Of a DNA stretch of 64,000 nucleotides, positions 20,030-28,935 are shown piece by piece. Source of the stretch: Bacteroidales bacterium. GTDB lineage: Bacteria; Bacteroidota; Bacteroidia; Bacteroidales; JAAYUG01. Every line of letters starts with the position of its first letter. The stretch's first letter is position 1. The notes beneath the pieces were generated by a model. That model saw nothing but the letters and a program-made list of their open reading frames with translations, had not been told where the DNA came from and made no database searches. Made by a program: the position numbers and the translations under genes. The stretch covers positions 45,307 to 109,306 of the forward strand of contig JAXLTS010000011.1 in the NCBI GenBank assembly GCA_046329925.1, written 5' to 3'.

Positions 20030-21127
20030 ATGGCTACACCAAAAAAAAGCACCCGTAAACCGGCCAAAACAATTAAAAAGGCAAGGAAGAGCAAGGCTGT
20101 GAAAAAGCCTAAATCACCTAAAAAGGCCAAGCCGGTAAAAAAGGTCAAGGCAAAACCTGTAAAAAAAGCCAAGGCCGGGCGGATTGAGTTGCCCAATAAA
20201 AACACACCCATCCTGATTCAGTTAAAACCTGAAGAGCCCCTTGGTATTGGAATACGGAGGTTACTCACTGACGAATTGTACAAGGTAAGTTGTTTTACAG
20301 ATCAGCCTGTAGAAGGGTTGCACACCAGCATTCACGAGATACGCCGTATACTGAAGCGGGTGCGTGCGGTGATATGGCTGATGGAACCGGATATCGGGAG
20401 TTACAACTGTCAACGTGAATCGGCGGTATACAGGGATATTGGCAGGAGGATATCCGGCTTGCGCAGCCTGTATGTAAACCAGATGACCCTGCAGAAGTTA
20501 AGCGCTGAATTCCCAAAAAAACTGGTCGAAGGTCCTCTTAAACGAACCGGGCAACTGCTGGAAGAGAAATATAAGACGGAACTGAAAAAAGCATTGGAGG
20601 AACAGAACCTTATTCATTATCTCAAACAGGACATTGACCAGGCGCTGGCCGGCACAGAAGAAATGCAGGTTCTGCACGATGATCTCAGCATTCCTGAACA
20701 TGCCCTGCGAATGGCTTTCAAGACTGGTCGTAAACGCTGGAGAAAAGTAGCCAGGAAGGCGAATTCCATTAACATACATGAGCTCCGCAAGGAAGTTAAG
20801 AACCTGCAATTCCAGCTACAGTTACTTGAGTTATACGATCCGAAAGGAATTCATCGCCGTATTGAACCATTGCACAGGCTTGCCCAACTGGCAGGGCTCG
20901 AGCATGATCATTATGAACTGGCAGTCTTTATCCGCAAATACCTGCCCCAGGAGGAATTGAAAAAAGAATTGTTGTTCAGGATGAACAGGAAGATGGTTGC
21001 CATTCGTAAACAGATACTGCCCCTGGCGCGCAAGGTATATGGCATGAAGAGCAAGAAATTCATTGCCGGTATCAAACTCAGCACTCCGGGTGGTGAACAA
21101 ATACAGCCTGTTGAACAGCCCCAATAA
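20030..21127 (+). CDS. Lysine-rich histone-H1-like N-terminal tail fused to a CHAD-like helical domain
   Basis: First roughly 50 aa are K/P/A repeats (KKPKSPKKAKPVKKVKAKPVKKAKA); remainder helical with CHAD-like HExR motifs (IHEIRRILKRVRAVIWL, IHELRKEVKNLQFQLQLLEL). Confidence 0.55.
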   Translation: MATPKKSTRKPAKTIKKARKSKAVKKPKSPKKAKPVKKVKAKPVKKAKAGRIELPNKNTPILIQLKPEEPLGIGIRRLLTDELYKVSCFTDQPVEGLHTSIHEIRRILKRVRAVIWLMEPDIGSYNCQRESAVYRDIGRRISGLRSLYVNQMTLQKLSAEFPKKLVEGPLKRTGQLLEEKYKTELKKALEEQNLIHYLKQDIDQALAGTEEMQVLHDDLSIPEHALRMAFKTGRKRWRKVARKANSINIHELRKEVKNLQFQLQLLELYDPKGIHRRIEPLHRLAQLAGLEHDHYELAVFIRKYLPQEELKKELLFRMNRKMVAIRKQILPLARKVYGMKSKKFIAGIKLSTPGGEQIQPVEQPQ

Positions 21128-21146
21128 AAAATTTCCAATCCGGCAG

Positions 21147-21185
21147 TCCTGATTTTTTTGAGATCCGGAGATCAGGATTTTTTAC
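21147..21185 (+). terminator. Terminator after the H1-like/CHAD gene (overlaps the stop codon of the convergent transporter gene)
   Basis: Inverted repeat tcctgat...gatccggagatc...atcagga followed by tttttt. Confidence 0.45.
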
Positions 21186-22161
21186 TCATGGCCTGAGCGA
21201 TGGTTGATCCTGCCAGCAGTTGAAGCGCATGATACATCATAAGCGGCAACAGGATCACTCCCAGTATGACAGGGTCGGGGAACAAAACACGTCCCATCAC
21301 GGCGCCCTGCACCAGTGATTTTTTCGAACCGCAAAATAGCAGGGTAATCCTGTCGGGACGGGAAAATCCGGCAAAGCGCGCAAGCAGATACATCAGCCCG
21401 AACATAAAGGCAAAAAAGGTGAGCATCAGGAATCCAAGAAGGAACAGTTCACTCCCCGGGTGAGTATCAAACATTTTCCCAGCAAAGGATTCGCAAAAGG
21501 CTGTATAAACAATCATCAGGATGATGAACTGGTCGAGATTTCTTAAACCTGTTTTGTATTTCTCGGCCCATGCTCCAAACTTCCGGTGCAGCAGTATTCC
21601 CAGTACCACTGGTAATAGTATCTCCAGCATCAGTTTCAGGATCACCCGGGTGAGATCGAAGTCGGCTGTTGTTTTTTGAATAAAAATGCTCATCCACACC
21701 GGGGTGATGAAGATACCGATAATACTTGAGATGCTTGCGTTAAAGATAGCCGCCGGAAGGTTTCCTCCGGCAATGGAGACCAGCACTACCGAAGAGGAAA
21801 CAGTGGATGGCAGAGCGGCCAGGTAAAAGGCGCCGAGCCAGAGGAGGCTGTTCTCGCCATGGTTAAATAAAGCATTGGCCAGAAGCAGGAGTAAAGGAAA
21901 AAGAATGAAAGTGCTGGATTGTATGATCAGGTGAAGTTTCCAGTTGCTGAGGCCGGCTTTCAATTTTTCAGGACTAAGCCTTAAACCGTAAAAGAAGAAA
22001 ATGACTGAGACCCCGTATTCTGCGATAAGATGAACAGGCACAGGGCTGGAACGCAATCCGAACCGGGGAAATAGCCAGGCCAGCAAAATCATGGAGAGCA
22101 GGGCCAGAAAGAAAAAATTCAGCCCAACCCTGGCCAGCAGGGATACAAACCTGTTTATCAT
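21172..22161 (-). CDS. SBF-like (bile acid:sodium symporter family) membrane transporter
   Basis: 329 aa, roughly 10 TM; SNWKLHLIIQSSTFILFPLL resembles the conserved SBF-like CPA motif. Confidence 0.55.
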   Translation of the reverse strand: MINRFVSLLARVGLNFFFLALLSMILLAWLFPRFGLRSSPVPVHLIAEYGVSVIFFFYGLRLSPEKLKAGLSNWKLHLIIQSSTFILFPLLLLLANALFNHGENSLLWLGAFYLAALPSTVSSSVVLVSIAGGNLPAAIFNASISSIIGIFITPVWMSIFIQKTTADFDLTRVILKLMLEILLPVVLGILLHRKFGAWAEKYKTGLRNLDQFIILMIVYTAFCESFAGKMFDTHPGSELFLLGFLMLTFFAFMFGLMYLLARFAGFSRPDRITLLFCGSKKSLVQGAVMGRVLFPDPVILGVILLPLMMYHALQLLAGSTIAQAMSKKS

Positions 22162-22183
22162 GCGTGATCCGTCGTTTTAATTG

Positions 22184-22618
22184 TCAGGATTTTTTGCTCA
22201 TCTGCCATTCGCCAGACAATAGGTACTCGGTGGTACCCTTGTACGATTCTTCCACATCAGCTACTATTTCCCAGATTCCCTTAAAGGAACCATCTTCCGG
22301 GTTGTAATCGCCGTTGTACATTACTTCGTGCGAATAGCGACTCTCGTCCTTATAAAACGTCCCATCCTCGTTGTAGGCAAAAAAACAAGGGTAGCGTTTT
22401 ACAAAGCTGATCATAGCCTCCTCCAGGAATCCTTCCACACCGGCAGGTTTGCCGAATATTTTGAGTGTTTCAGCATCTTCCCACCGGCCGTCGATATCAC
22501 CATCCTGCATTTTCAGATGCAGGGTGAAGGGAATCACTTTTTCGCGCAGGTGTTCGGGATATGCTTCACCGTAGGTGAGGGTGCCCTGCCAGGTACCGGA
22601 GAGATCGGGGATGTTCAT
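22184..22618 (-). CDS. Hypothetical cytoplasmic protein
   Basis: 144-aa ORF with no signal peptide; coding-like composition. Confidence 0.45.
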   Translation of the reverse strand: MNIPDLSGTWQGTLTYGEAYPEHLREKVIPFTLHLKMQDGDIDGRWEDAETLKIFGKPAGVEGFLEEAMISFVKRYPCFFAYNEDGTFYKDESRYSHEVMYNGDYNPEDGSFKGIWEIVADVEESYKGTTEYLLSGEWQMSKKS

Positions 22619-22744
22619 ATGTCAAATCCTATTTGCATTTATTGAAATGGAATTCTATCCAACTATTGTAAAAATGGACTAAACTATAAATCGGTTATCA
22701 GATAGAATTTGGCAGGCAAAGATATCGTTTACAAATTAATAACG

Positions 22745-23440
22745 CTAATCCGTTATACTTACCTCGCCAACCTTTACCATGCTTGAATATCGGTATTGAT
22801 TGTGCTGGTAATCCCATACAGGCTCTTCGTATGCATTATGAAAGTAAATGGAAATGAAATAAGTAGTCCCGGATGGGTAGCTTAACCCATCAAGATAAAT
22901 GTATATATCAAATTCTCCTCTACCGCCTCCATATAGAGTTTCATGCACTGACTTTACATCGTAATGCTCATTGGTGGGGTCAATGCTATCATTCATAAAA
23001 GCCCATATACTAAAAGTCCTGTAAGGGGTCATTTTGCCGGTCATGTGAATGTACCCATTTTCCTTGACACATGTAACACTACTTATCTGGATATCAGGTA
23101 CCTGAAACATATTCACGTATTCTATCAGGCCAGGTTTTTCATCACCAATAAAACGAAGTCTGGGAGTAATCTGCAGACCAAAATCATCCTTTTCAAACTC
23201 AAACGTATACTCCTCTCCTGCCTTCAATCCCTGAATAAAGAAGCGACCATTTTCATCCGTATGAACTTCCTTATTTGTATTCCTTGCATGAACTTTCACT
23301 CCTGCCTTAATAGGAGTAAGAAAACCAATTGTGTCATAAAGCCGGACAAAGCCAACTACAGAAACATCCATCCCGGATTCCTCGGTTTTGCATGAATAAA
23401 ATAAACCTGAAATGATTAACAGAAAAACAAAACCTTTCAT
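22745..23440 (-). CDS. Lipoprotein with carboxypeptidase-regulatory-like (CarboxypepD_reg) beta-sandwich domain, paralog 3 of 3
   Basis: Lipobox LFYSC; ...NTNKEVHTDENGRFFIQGLKAGEEYTFEFEKDDF matches the CarboxypepD_reg pattern; followed by a roughly 130-aa Tyr-rich C-domain. Confidence 0.6.
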   Translation of the reverse strand: MKGFVFLLIISGLFYSCKTEESGMDVSVVGFVRLYDTIGFLTPIKAGVKVHARNTNKEVHTDENGRFFIQGLKAGEEYTFEFEKDDFGLQITPRLRFIGDEKPGLIEYVNMFQVPDIQISSVTCVKENGYIHMTGKMTPYRTFSIWAFMNDSIDPTNEHYDVKSVHETLYGGGRGEFDIYIYLDGLSYPSGTTYFISIYFHNAYEEPVWDYQHNQYRYSSMVKVGEVSITD

Positions 23441-23450
23441 ATTTCGAAAT

Positions 23451-24203
23451 TTATTTGCTGGTGGCTGTAGATTCAGTTATTACAAATGATTTCACCCGGG
23501 GAACCCAGGCAGTACTTACAGGATAAATATACTTTCCTGTTTTTGTATCCAGGTAAGCAGTTTTAGATATACTCATTGTTGGACATAAAATTATGTACAG
23601 AAGTTTATCTTTCGGAAGTCTTGATATCATAATATCTGAAAAACCAATATCCAGATGACCATTGGTGCAGTATGAACTGGCAGTAAAAAGATAGTCATTA
23701 GGGGAAACCTGTTCTTTGTCGCTAATAAAATATCGTATCCATATTTCATCTGTGTTAAAACTTGCATATAGGCTCACATATGGACGTCCTGATAAATAAT
23801 TACCCGTTTCAACAAAAAACCCGAACATCTCAACAACGGGAAGTTTACCTAAATTTACAGTAGGCATCTGAAAAGGATATTCCCCCCCTGTAAACTGAAA
23901 ACTCACCACTTTATTGGTTGCAAAACTATCCTTCTCAAAAACAAGATCATAGAGGCCGGTTTCCAGATCATTGAAAACAAATTTTCCTTCAGAATCAGTG
24001 AGAGTTTCTTTCAACGAGGTTTTGCCTTCCACTCTGACACGGACCCCGCCTCCTGGAATGGGAGTCCCATTGTAATTATTCAATTGAACTTTTCCTACCA
24101 AATCACCTTTTGGCCATTCATATATTATTTCCTTGGTACAGGCCACGACAAATAATACGAAAAAAAACATCAAAAGAATGAGACCAAATCTAAAACTTTT
24201 CAT
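23451..24203 (-). CDS. Lipoprotein with CarboxypepD_reg-like domain, paralog 2 of 3
   Basis: Lipobox VVACTKE; VRVEGKTSLKETLTDSEGKFVFNDLETGLYDLVFEKDSF; same architecture as its neighbours. Confidence 0.6.
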   Translation of the reverse strand: MKSFRFGLILLMFFFVLFVVACTKEIIYEWPKGDLVGKVQLNNYNGTPIPGGGVRVRVEGKTSLKETLTDSEGKFVFNDLETGLYDLVFEKDSFATNKVVSFQFTGGEYPFQMPTVNLGKLPVVEMFGFFVETGNYLSGRPYVSLYASFNTDEIWIRYFISDKEQVSPNDYLFTASSYCTNGHLDIGFSDIMISRLPKDKLLYIILCPTMSISKTAYLDTKTGKYIYPVSTAWVPRVKSFVITESTATSK

Positions 24204-24212
24204 AAAGATAAA

Positions 24213-24965
24213 TTATGGCAGAACAATTGACTTAATTTTAGATGGAACACCCAAAGCGGGATCATAGTAAACATCTGAGACCGGGTCATATTCCTGCAGG
24301 TTATCCGAATTCCTTCCGTAAATCACAACATATACCGTACTTCCTGACTTAAAGGATAAAGTATTCTCACGAAAAGTAAAGTTATTCTTTGATTCCTGAG
24401 ATGCATAGAACAGGGCATAGGTTTTAAAATTTAAAAAAGAAACTTCCGGAGAATTAGACAGAAAAGCGACCAACCTCGGCCATCCATAAGGGTAAGCAGA
24501 TTGATTCGAAGAATAATTATGTTCAAGGGTTCCTGAACCGTACAGATAACCATTGGAAATATACAATGTATCTATCTCCGCCCTGGTGGTGGATTTCTCA
24601 ATCATATACAAGCTGTATTTTAAATTTTCTTCAGCTCCCCAGAAACCTTTGATTGTTGCAGTTCTTGAACTGTACCCGGATTTAGAAAAAAGAAAACGAT
24701 AGTTCCCGATCTTCATATCTTTGAAAATACCTGTACCCGAAGTATCAGTTACAACGGAAACAACCGGATCACTTCCTTCGAGGGAAATCAGAATACCTTC
24801 TTTCTCGGAATTCCGTTGAATGAACTCATTTAAAGTTGTTATCTTAAACTCAATATTGCCGGTCAGATTTGCTGGACGTATTTCCTCTTTGGTGCAGGAG
24901 GTAATACAAAGTAGAAGTGACAGAGGGATGGCCCCCATAAAGAATGAAACAAAAGGTCTGATCAT
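24213..24965 (-). CDS. Lipoprotein with CarboxypepD_reg-like domain, paralog 1 of 3
   Basis: Lipobox ITSCTKEE; VVSVVTDTSGTGIFKDMKIGNYRFLFSKSGY; same architecture. Confidence 0.6.
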   Translation of the reverse strand: MIRPFVSFFMGAIPLSLLLCITSCTKEEIRPANLTGNIEFKITTLNEFIQRNSEKEGILISLEGSDPVVSVVTDTSGTGIFKDMKIGNYRFLFSKSGYSSRTATIKGFWGAEENLKYSLYMIEKSTTRAEIDTLYISNGYLYGSGTLEHNYSSNQSAYPYGWPRLVAFLSNSPEVSFLNFKTYALFYASQESKNNFTFRENTLSFKSGSTVYVVIYGRNSDNLQEYDPVSDVYYDPALGVPSKIKSIVLP

Positions 24966-25300
24966 ATCAGGGTAACTTTAAAATCACAGGTAATGCTAAA
25001 ACAGATATCAATTCCACAATTATCATTACTTAATCTTCAGGCAATTGTAAAGAATAAAGCAAGATATACAAAATTCTCATTCCTGATACTTGCAGAAAAA
25101 AATAAAACATTTCAGATTCAATCTCAGCCAGCCGGGTATTCCTGTAAATTTCGGCTAGCTGGAATCAACCTGGCAAGGATATGTTATGAAAGCAAATCAC
25201 AACTGTGGCAAACGGATTAGTTACATTGATAGCGCTGGAATCATTATGTCAAAGATACGTCTTGAAAGCAAATACAAATTCCCTTTTAAACCCGGTTGCG

Positions 25301-25540
25301 TTATGATTCGCAGAATTTATAAAAATCTTCAGCAGTGGAACCAATGGTTCGAAGTGCATTTCTTACAATGAATTCTGGAATTGGACTAATATGTGTCTGA
25401 AGGACAACAGGTCGGAGCAAATCCTTTCGGCTCCAAATCTCATGCCCACCATGGGTTCTGATTTTTTTCAGTCCCTGCTCTATAAGAAAATCGCGGAATA
25501 ATTTTAAAGGAATATTTTTAAGCGATTTACGCTTCATCAT
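25301..25540 (-). CDS. hicA: HicA-family type II toxin (mRNA interferase)
   Basis: 79 aa; GLKKIRTHGGHEIWSRKDLLRPVVLQTHISPIPEFIVRNALRTIG fits the HicA/YcfA consensus (G..lvr.kGSH..f.hp.....t.P.H...l..g.l..ilk.ag). Start overlaps the hicB stop by 4 nt (ATGA). Confidence 0.65.
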   Translation of the reverse strand: MMKRKSLKNIPLKLFRDFLIEQGLKKIRTHGGHEIWSRKDLLRPVVLQTHISPIPEFIVRNALRTIGSTAEDFYKFCES

Positions 25541-25914
25541 AATGCCGGAATGGAAATTTTGCGATCAAACTTTTTAAAGGAATGATCATTAAAAATTCTG
25601 CTAAAATTTTCATTTTCATCCAATAATTTGCTCAATGACGGAGGAATGAACGGTTTGGATTTGCTTTTTATCTGCCATCCCATTTTTCTAAGTGCATCAA
25701 AAAAAGTTTTTTTGTTTGTAGTATAAAGCAAAAACTCACTTAACACCACCTGAAATGATTCCAATGCTTCCTTTTCATCTGCACCATATCCACTCAGATC
25801 CAATGCTGGGCAATAAATAATATGCACATTATCTTCCACAAAAGAGATGAGAGAGAGTTTTACGTCAACTTTCTCAACCCCACTTATCCAACTTCCGGCA
25901 AATATGCTTTCCAT
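25537..25914 (-). CDS. hicB: HicB-family antitoxin
   Basis: 125 aa; VHIIYCPALDLSGYGADEKEALESFQVVLSEFL resembles the HicB N-domain (y.a.vPdLpGc.t.GdT.eEAl.n..eai); translationally coupled to hicA. Confidence 0.55.
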   Translation of the reverse strand: MESIFAGSWISGVEKVDVKLSLISFVEDNVHIIYCPALDLSGYGADEKEALESFQVVLSEFLLYTTNKKTFFDALRKMGWQIKSKSKPFIPPSLSKLLDENENFSRIFNDHSFKKFDRKISIPAL

Positions 25915-26122
25915 AGCTTAATCACAAATTACTGCAAATGTACAATAAAGGGGAAGAAAATGCACCATTACTAAACTTGTAACAAAAAAGTTAAAAAAAA
26001 CTTTTTGCGATAACATCCTGTAAGTCATCTACATACCACAATAGTCTGCCACATTTACACCACCACCTGTAGGTGGCCGGTTTATGCAATGATTAATTTC
26101 ACTTGTAAGTGATCATTGAAAG

Positions 26123-27889
26123 CTACCTCAGCCTCTTCTTCTGCCATCCCCATCGCTGGGCAGCTGCCTCCATACACAGGTCATAGGCCGCATTGGTTTT
26201 CAGGAAGGAGAAGTTTTGTTCAGCTACTTTGGGTGCAAATTTCTCATGTTCGATAAGTTCGGATAATAATAGTCTGCAGCGGTTGGTAGCCAGGGTGGAA
26301 AGACCGGACATATAGTCAACTGAAAGGGTCATGTCAATGCCATAGCTTGCTGCCCAGTCGTCCAGCTTCTCATCATTCAGCACGGCCTGGATGAGCAGAG
26401 CCCAAAGAAGATCCTTGGCCTGGTGAACAAAGAAATACTTATTCACCCCCTTGTCTTTGATCTCTTCGGCAAACTTATTTAGCCGGAAACTTATTTTATA
26501 TGCAAGGATGATATGCCGTGCATCCGCCTTGAGACGGGCATCGCTGAACACCTGCTCGTAATATTTGTCTTCCTCGAAAACAAGGCTCAGATTTTGCATG
26601 CGCTGTACCTGTCCGTCTGAGGCCAGGAATGTTTTTGCCAGCTGCACCATCTTTACCGGGCGCTCCTGGGCAGAGCCTGCCCCATCTTCCGCCTCCTGGT
26701 TCTCGAATGCCCGCTCCTGCCGTTCATATTTAATATTCACTTCATCCAGAAATTTATCCGACAGACTGAGCTGGATCAAATCGTGTGCATGCAGGTTCCA
26801 GGCCTTCACCGGATTCTGTCTGTTATTATTTATCGTTACACTGGTTACAAATGCAGGGGCCGCTCCTGTGATAATTTTGCACAGTATGTGAATTTTCTTA
26901 AGCCGTTCAATCACCTGATTGTTGTCAACTTTTGGCCCAAGGTTTTGAACGAAATTACTCAGTGTGGTAACTGTCTGTGCTCCATTGAGCAGCCTGGGTG
27001 CTACCAGTCTGAACTGGCCCTGGCCTGCATCGCTCAGGCTTTCAGCAGCCAGCGTGATCCCATTGTGATTGAATGCAAACACCTGGGGCAGGTCTATTTC
27101 ATCCAGGGCGATACTTTTAAAGGCATTATTGATAGCCCTGTTGACATATTCGTCGGGATCGAGGCCGTACCGGATATTCTTTTCAAAAAACATATTTCCA
27201 AGGTCCTGATGAATCACATAAAGATCATAAAGCCTCATCAGCGCGATATGCATTAATTCATAGCCTGGCCCATCCACGGAAAAACTTTTAGCCAGGGGCA
27301 CCTGGTAAACACTTGATTTGCGCTGATCACTTGTAGTACCCACCTGCCCGTCGAAGGAGCGAAAATCGGCTACCAGCGTAATGGAATCGTCTCCCAGGAA
27401 CTGGTCAATGATGTATTTTTTATTTCCAAGGTCTTCGCGGAGACTTACCAGTACCTGACTTTTATCAGCCTCATCGGGATCACCCGTAAAAACAAAGCGA
27501 ACGCATACCTGGCGTATTACTGCCCTGTTTTCGATGAGTGTGCTGCGCAACTGATTAATCAGTTTGTCTTTATTCTTGTCGAAGGGAAGATTCCCGAATA
27601 CCACATCTATCCCACGATCGATGAGTTTCAGAAAACCCGGCTGAAATTGCCGGGGTGAATCGGAGTATATAAACTGGTAGATGTATAGGTTTTTACGTTC
27701 CAGATCAAAATGAAATCCTCCGACCCCATAATCATTTTCCCCGAAGGCTACCTGCTTGAGAGCCTTCTCCCTGCTTACCTGCAATTCCTTTTCGAGGTAT
27801 ACCAATCCCAGATAATCTGCTTTGTTTCCCCCAAACCTGGGTTTTAATTCAGTATAGGCCCTGTTTAACAGCCTGTCAACTTCACTCAT
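26123..27889 (-). CDS. AIPR-like candidate abortive-infection protein
   Basis: 588 aa; internal NGAQT motif (LLNGAQTVTTLS), recalled as an AIPR hallmark; N-terminus DYGVGGFHFDLERKNLYIYQFIYS resembles a degenerate Mrr-cat/AIPR-N pattern (D.GIDG........l.liQ.K); R-x6-H (RLKADARH) HEPN-like motif towards the C-terminus; adjacent to hicBA. Confidence 0.4.
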   Translation of the reverse strand: MSEVDRLLNRAYTELKPRFGGNKADYLGLVYLEKELQVSREKALKQVAFGENDYGVGGFHFDLERKNLYIYQFIYSDSPRQFQPGFLKLIDRGIDVVFGNLPFDKNKDKLINQLRSTLIENRAVIRQVCVRFVFTGDPDEADKSQVLVSLREDLGNKKYIIDQFLGDDSITLVADFRSFDGQVGTTSDQRKSSVYQVPLAKSFSVDGPGYELMHIALMRLYDLYVIHQDLGNMFFEKNIRYGLDPDEYVNRAINNAFKSIALDEIDLPQVFAFNHNGITLAAESLSDAGQGQFRLVAPRLLNGAQTVTTLSNFVQNLGPKVDNNQVIERLKKIHILCKIITGAAPAFVTSVTINNNRQNPVKAWNLHAHDLIQLSLSDKFLDEVNIKYERQERAFENQEAEDGAGSAQERPVKMVQLAKTFLASDGQVQRMQNLSLVFEEDKYYEQVFSDARLKADARHIILAYKISFRLNKFAEEIKDKGVNKYFFVHQAKDLLWALLIQAVLNDEKLDDWAASYGIDMTLSVDYMSGLSTLATNRCRLLLSELIEHEKFAPKVAEQNFSFLKTNAAYDLCMEAAAQRWGWQKKRLR

Positions 27890-28099
27890 ATTATTTAGTA
27901 TTACAAATCACATAATGAACTTATAGCCTGATTAATAAATAATCAAAAGCGGTACAGCTAAATATATCAAAAATACCTGATCCGGTGAGTCTGCCGGGAT
28001 AGAAATTATTCCCCGGCTAATGCACTGAGTCCGTGGCGGGCGACAGGAGTGGTTAATAAGAAAAAGTGGTTTTTTAAGGGCAAACTTACGGGATTACAG

Positions 28100-28813
28100 T
28101 TACCGGAGTGAAATTACTGCATTCATGAAGACATTTTCCTTTGCCGGGTTCAGTACAAACTCCAGTTTCAGGGGCATGCTTAACCCGTTTCTCCAGCGGT
28201 ATGTTCGTGAAAATCCAATGCCTGCATTCACAAGAGCGGCCCTATCAGCATAAAATCCCTTCCAGGGTGTGGCTCCTATGAAGGGATATACAGTTACCGG
28301 TCCGGCTTTCTTCTCCAGCCTTAATTCGCAATAGCTTGAATACAAGGGCTCCCGGGTAATACGATCCCGGTCACCCCCCCAGAACCAGGTAGACCACATG
28401 AATGAGACCGGGATAGAAGGCAATGGTTTCAGAACCAGGTAAAGATCAGCCACATGGCGCGTAGTCTTTGGATTGGTATTAAAAAATTTCTGGCTGGTAT
28501 TCAGGGTATCGGTAAAACCGAAGTAGTCGGTAAAACCCAGTTTGAACCATTTGGTGAAATTATATTCAGCAATAAAATCAAACTCGGCATATTCCCTGCG
28601 CCCCAGTGGATACGAAACCCATACAAGCCCTGTAAATCCTGAATCCTGGTAGCCCAGTGAACTCTGCAGCACCGGGGTCTCGGAATAGCTCACACCGCGC
28701 CAAATCCAGCGACTGGCCAGGTCGAACTGCACGAAGAGGGAACTGTCTGATCTCTGAGCTCCAAGGCTTAACGGGGTGAGCAGTAGAATGCAAAAACAAA
28801 AAAAATGCTTCAT
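28100..28813 (-). CDS. Hypothetical outer-membrane beta-barrel-like protein
   Basis: Signal peptide (LLLTPLSLGAQ); alternating aromatic/hydrophobic beta-strand pattern; 237 aa. Confidence 0.45.
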   Translation of the reverse strand: MKHFFCFCILLLTPLSLGAQRSDSSLFVQFDLASRWIWRGVSYSETPVLQSSLGYQDSGFTGLVWVSYPLGRREYAEFDFIAEYNFTKWFKLGFTDYFGFTDTLNTSQKFFNTNPKTTRHVADLYLVLKPLPSIPVSFMWSTWFWGGDRDRITREPLYSSYCELRLEKKAGPVTVYPFIGATPWKGFYADRAALVNAGIGFSRTYRWRNGLSMPLKLEFVLNPAKENVFMNAVISLR

Positions 28814-28935
28814 AATTTACCTCAATGATATATGTAAGAGGAAATACAACTGATTCCGGTCCTGCCCCCGTGTTGGATGAACTTTTATTATCCGCTCAAT
28901 TGCCGTATCTTTGCAATTCACAAATAATTAAGCAT

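Noticed and set aside
25330-25460. tRNA-like fragment (ggttcgaag...ccacca-like strings) that might mark an integration site
   Set aside because: No cloverleaf can be drawn, GGTTCGAAG is not followed by a proper T-loop/acceptor pairing, and the region is inside the hicA coding sequence.
28825-28935. ORF-track start of rluB at 28825 (MIYVRGNTTD...)
   Set aside because: It would leave only 12 bp to the divergent outer-membrane-protein gene and would encode a non-conserved leader. The ATG at 28936 (MEKRST...) is a more plausible start. The feature is reported from 28936.
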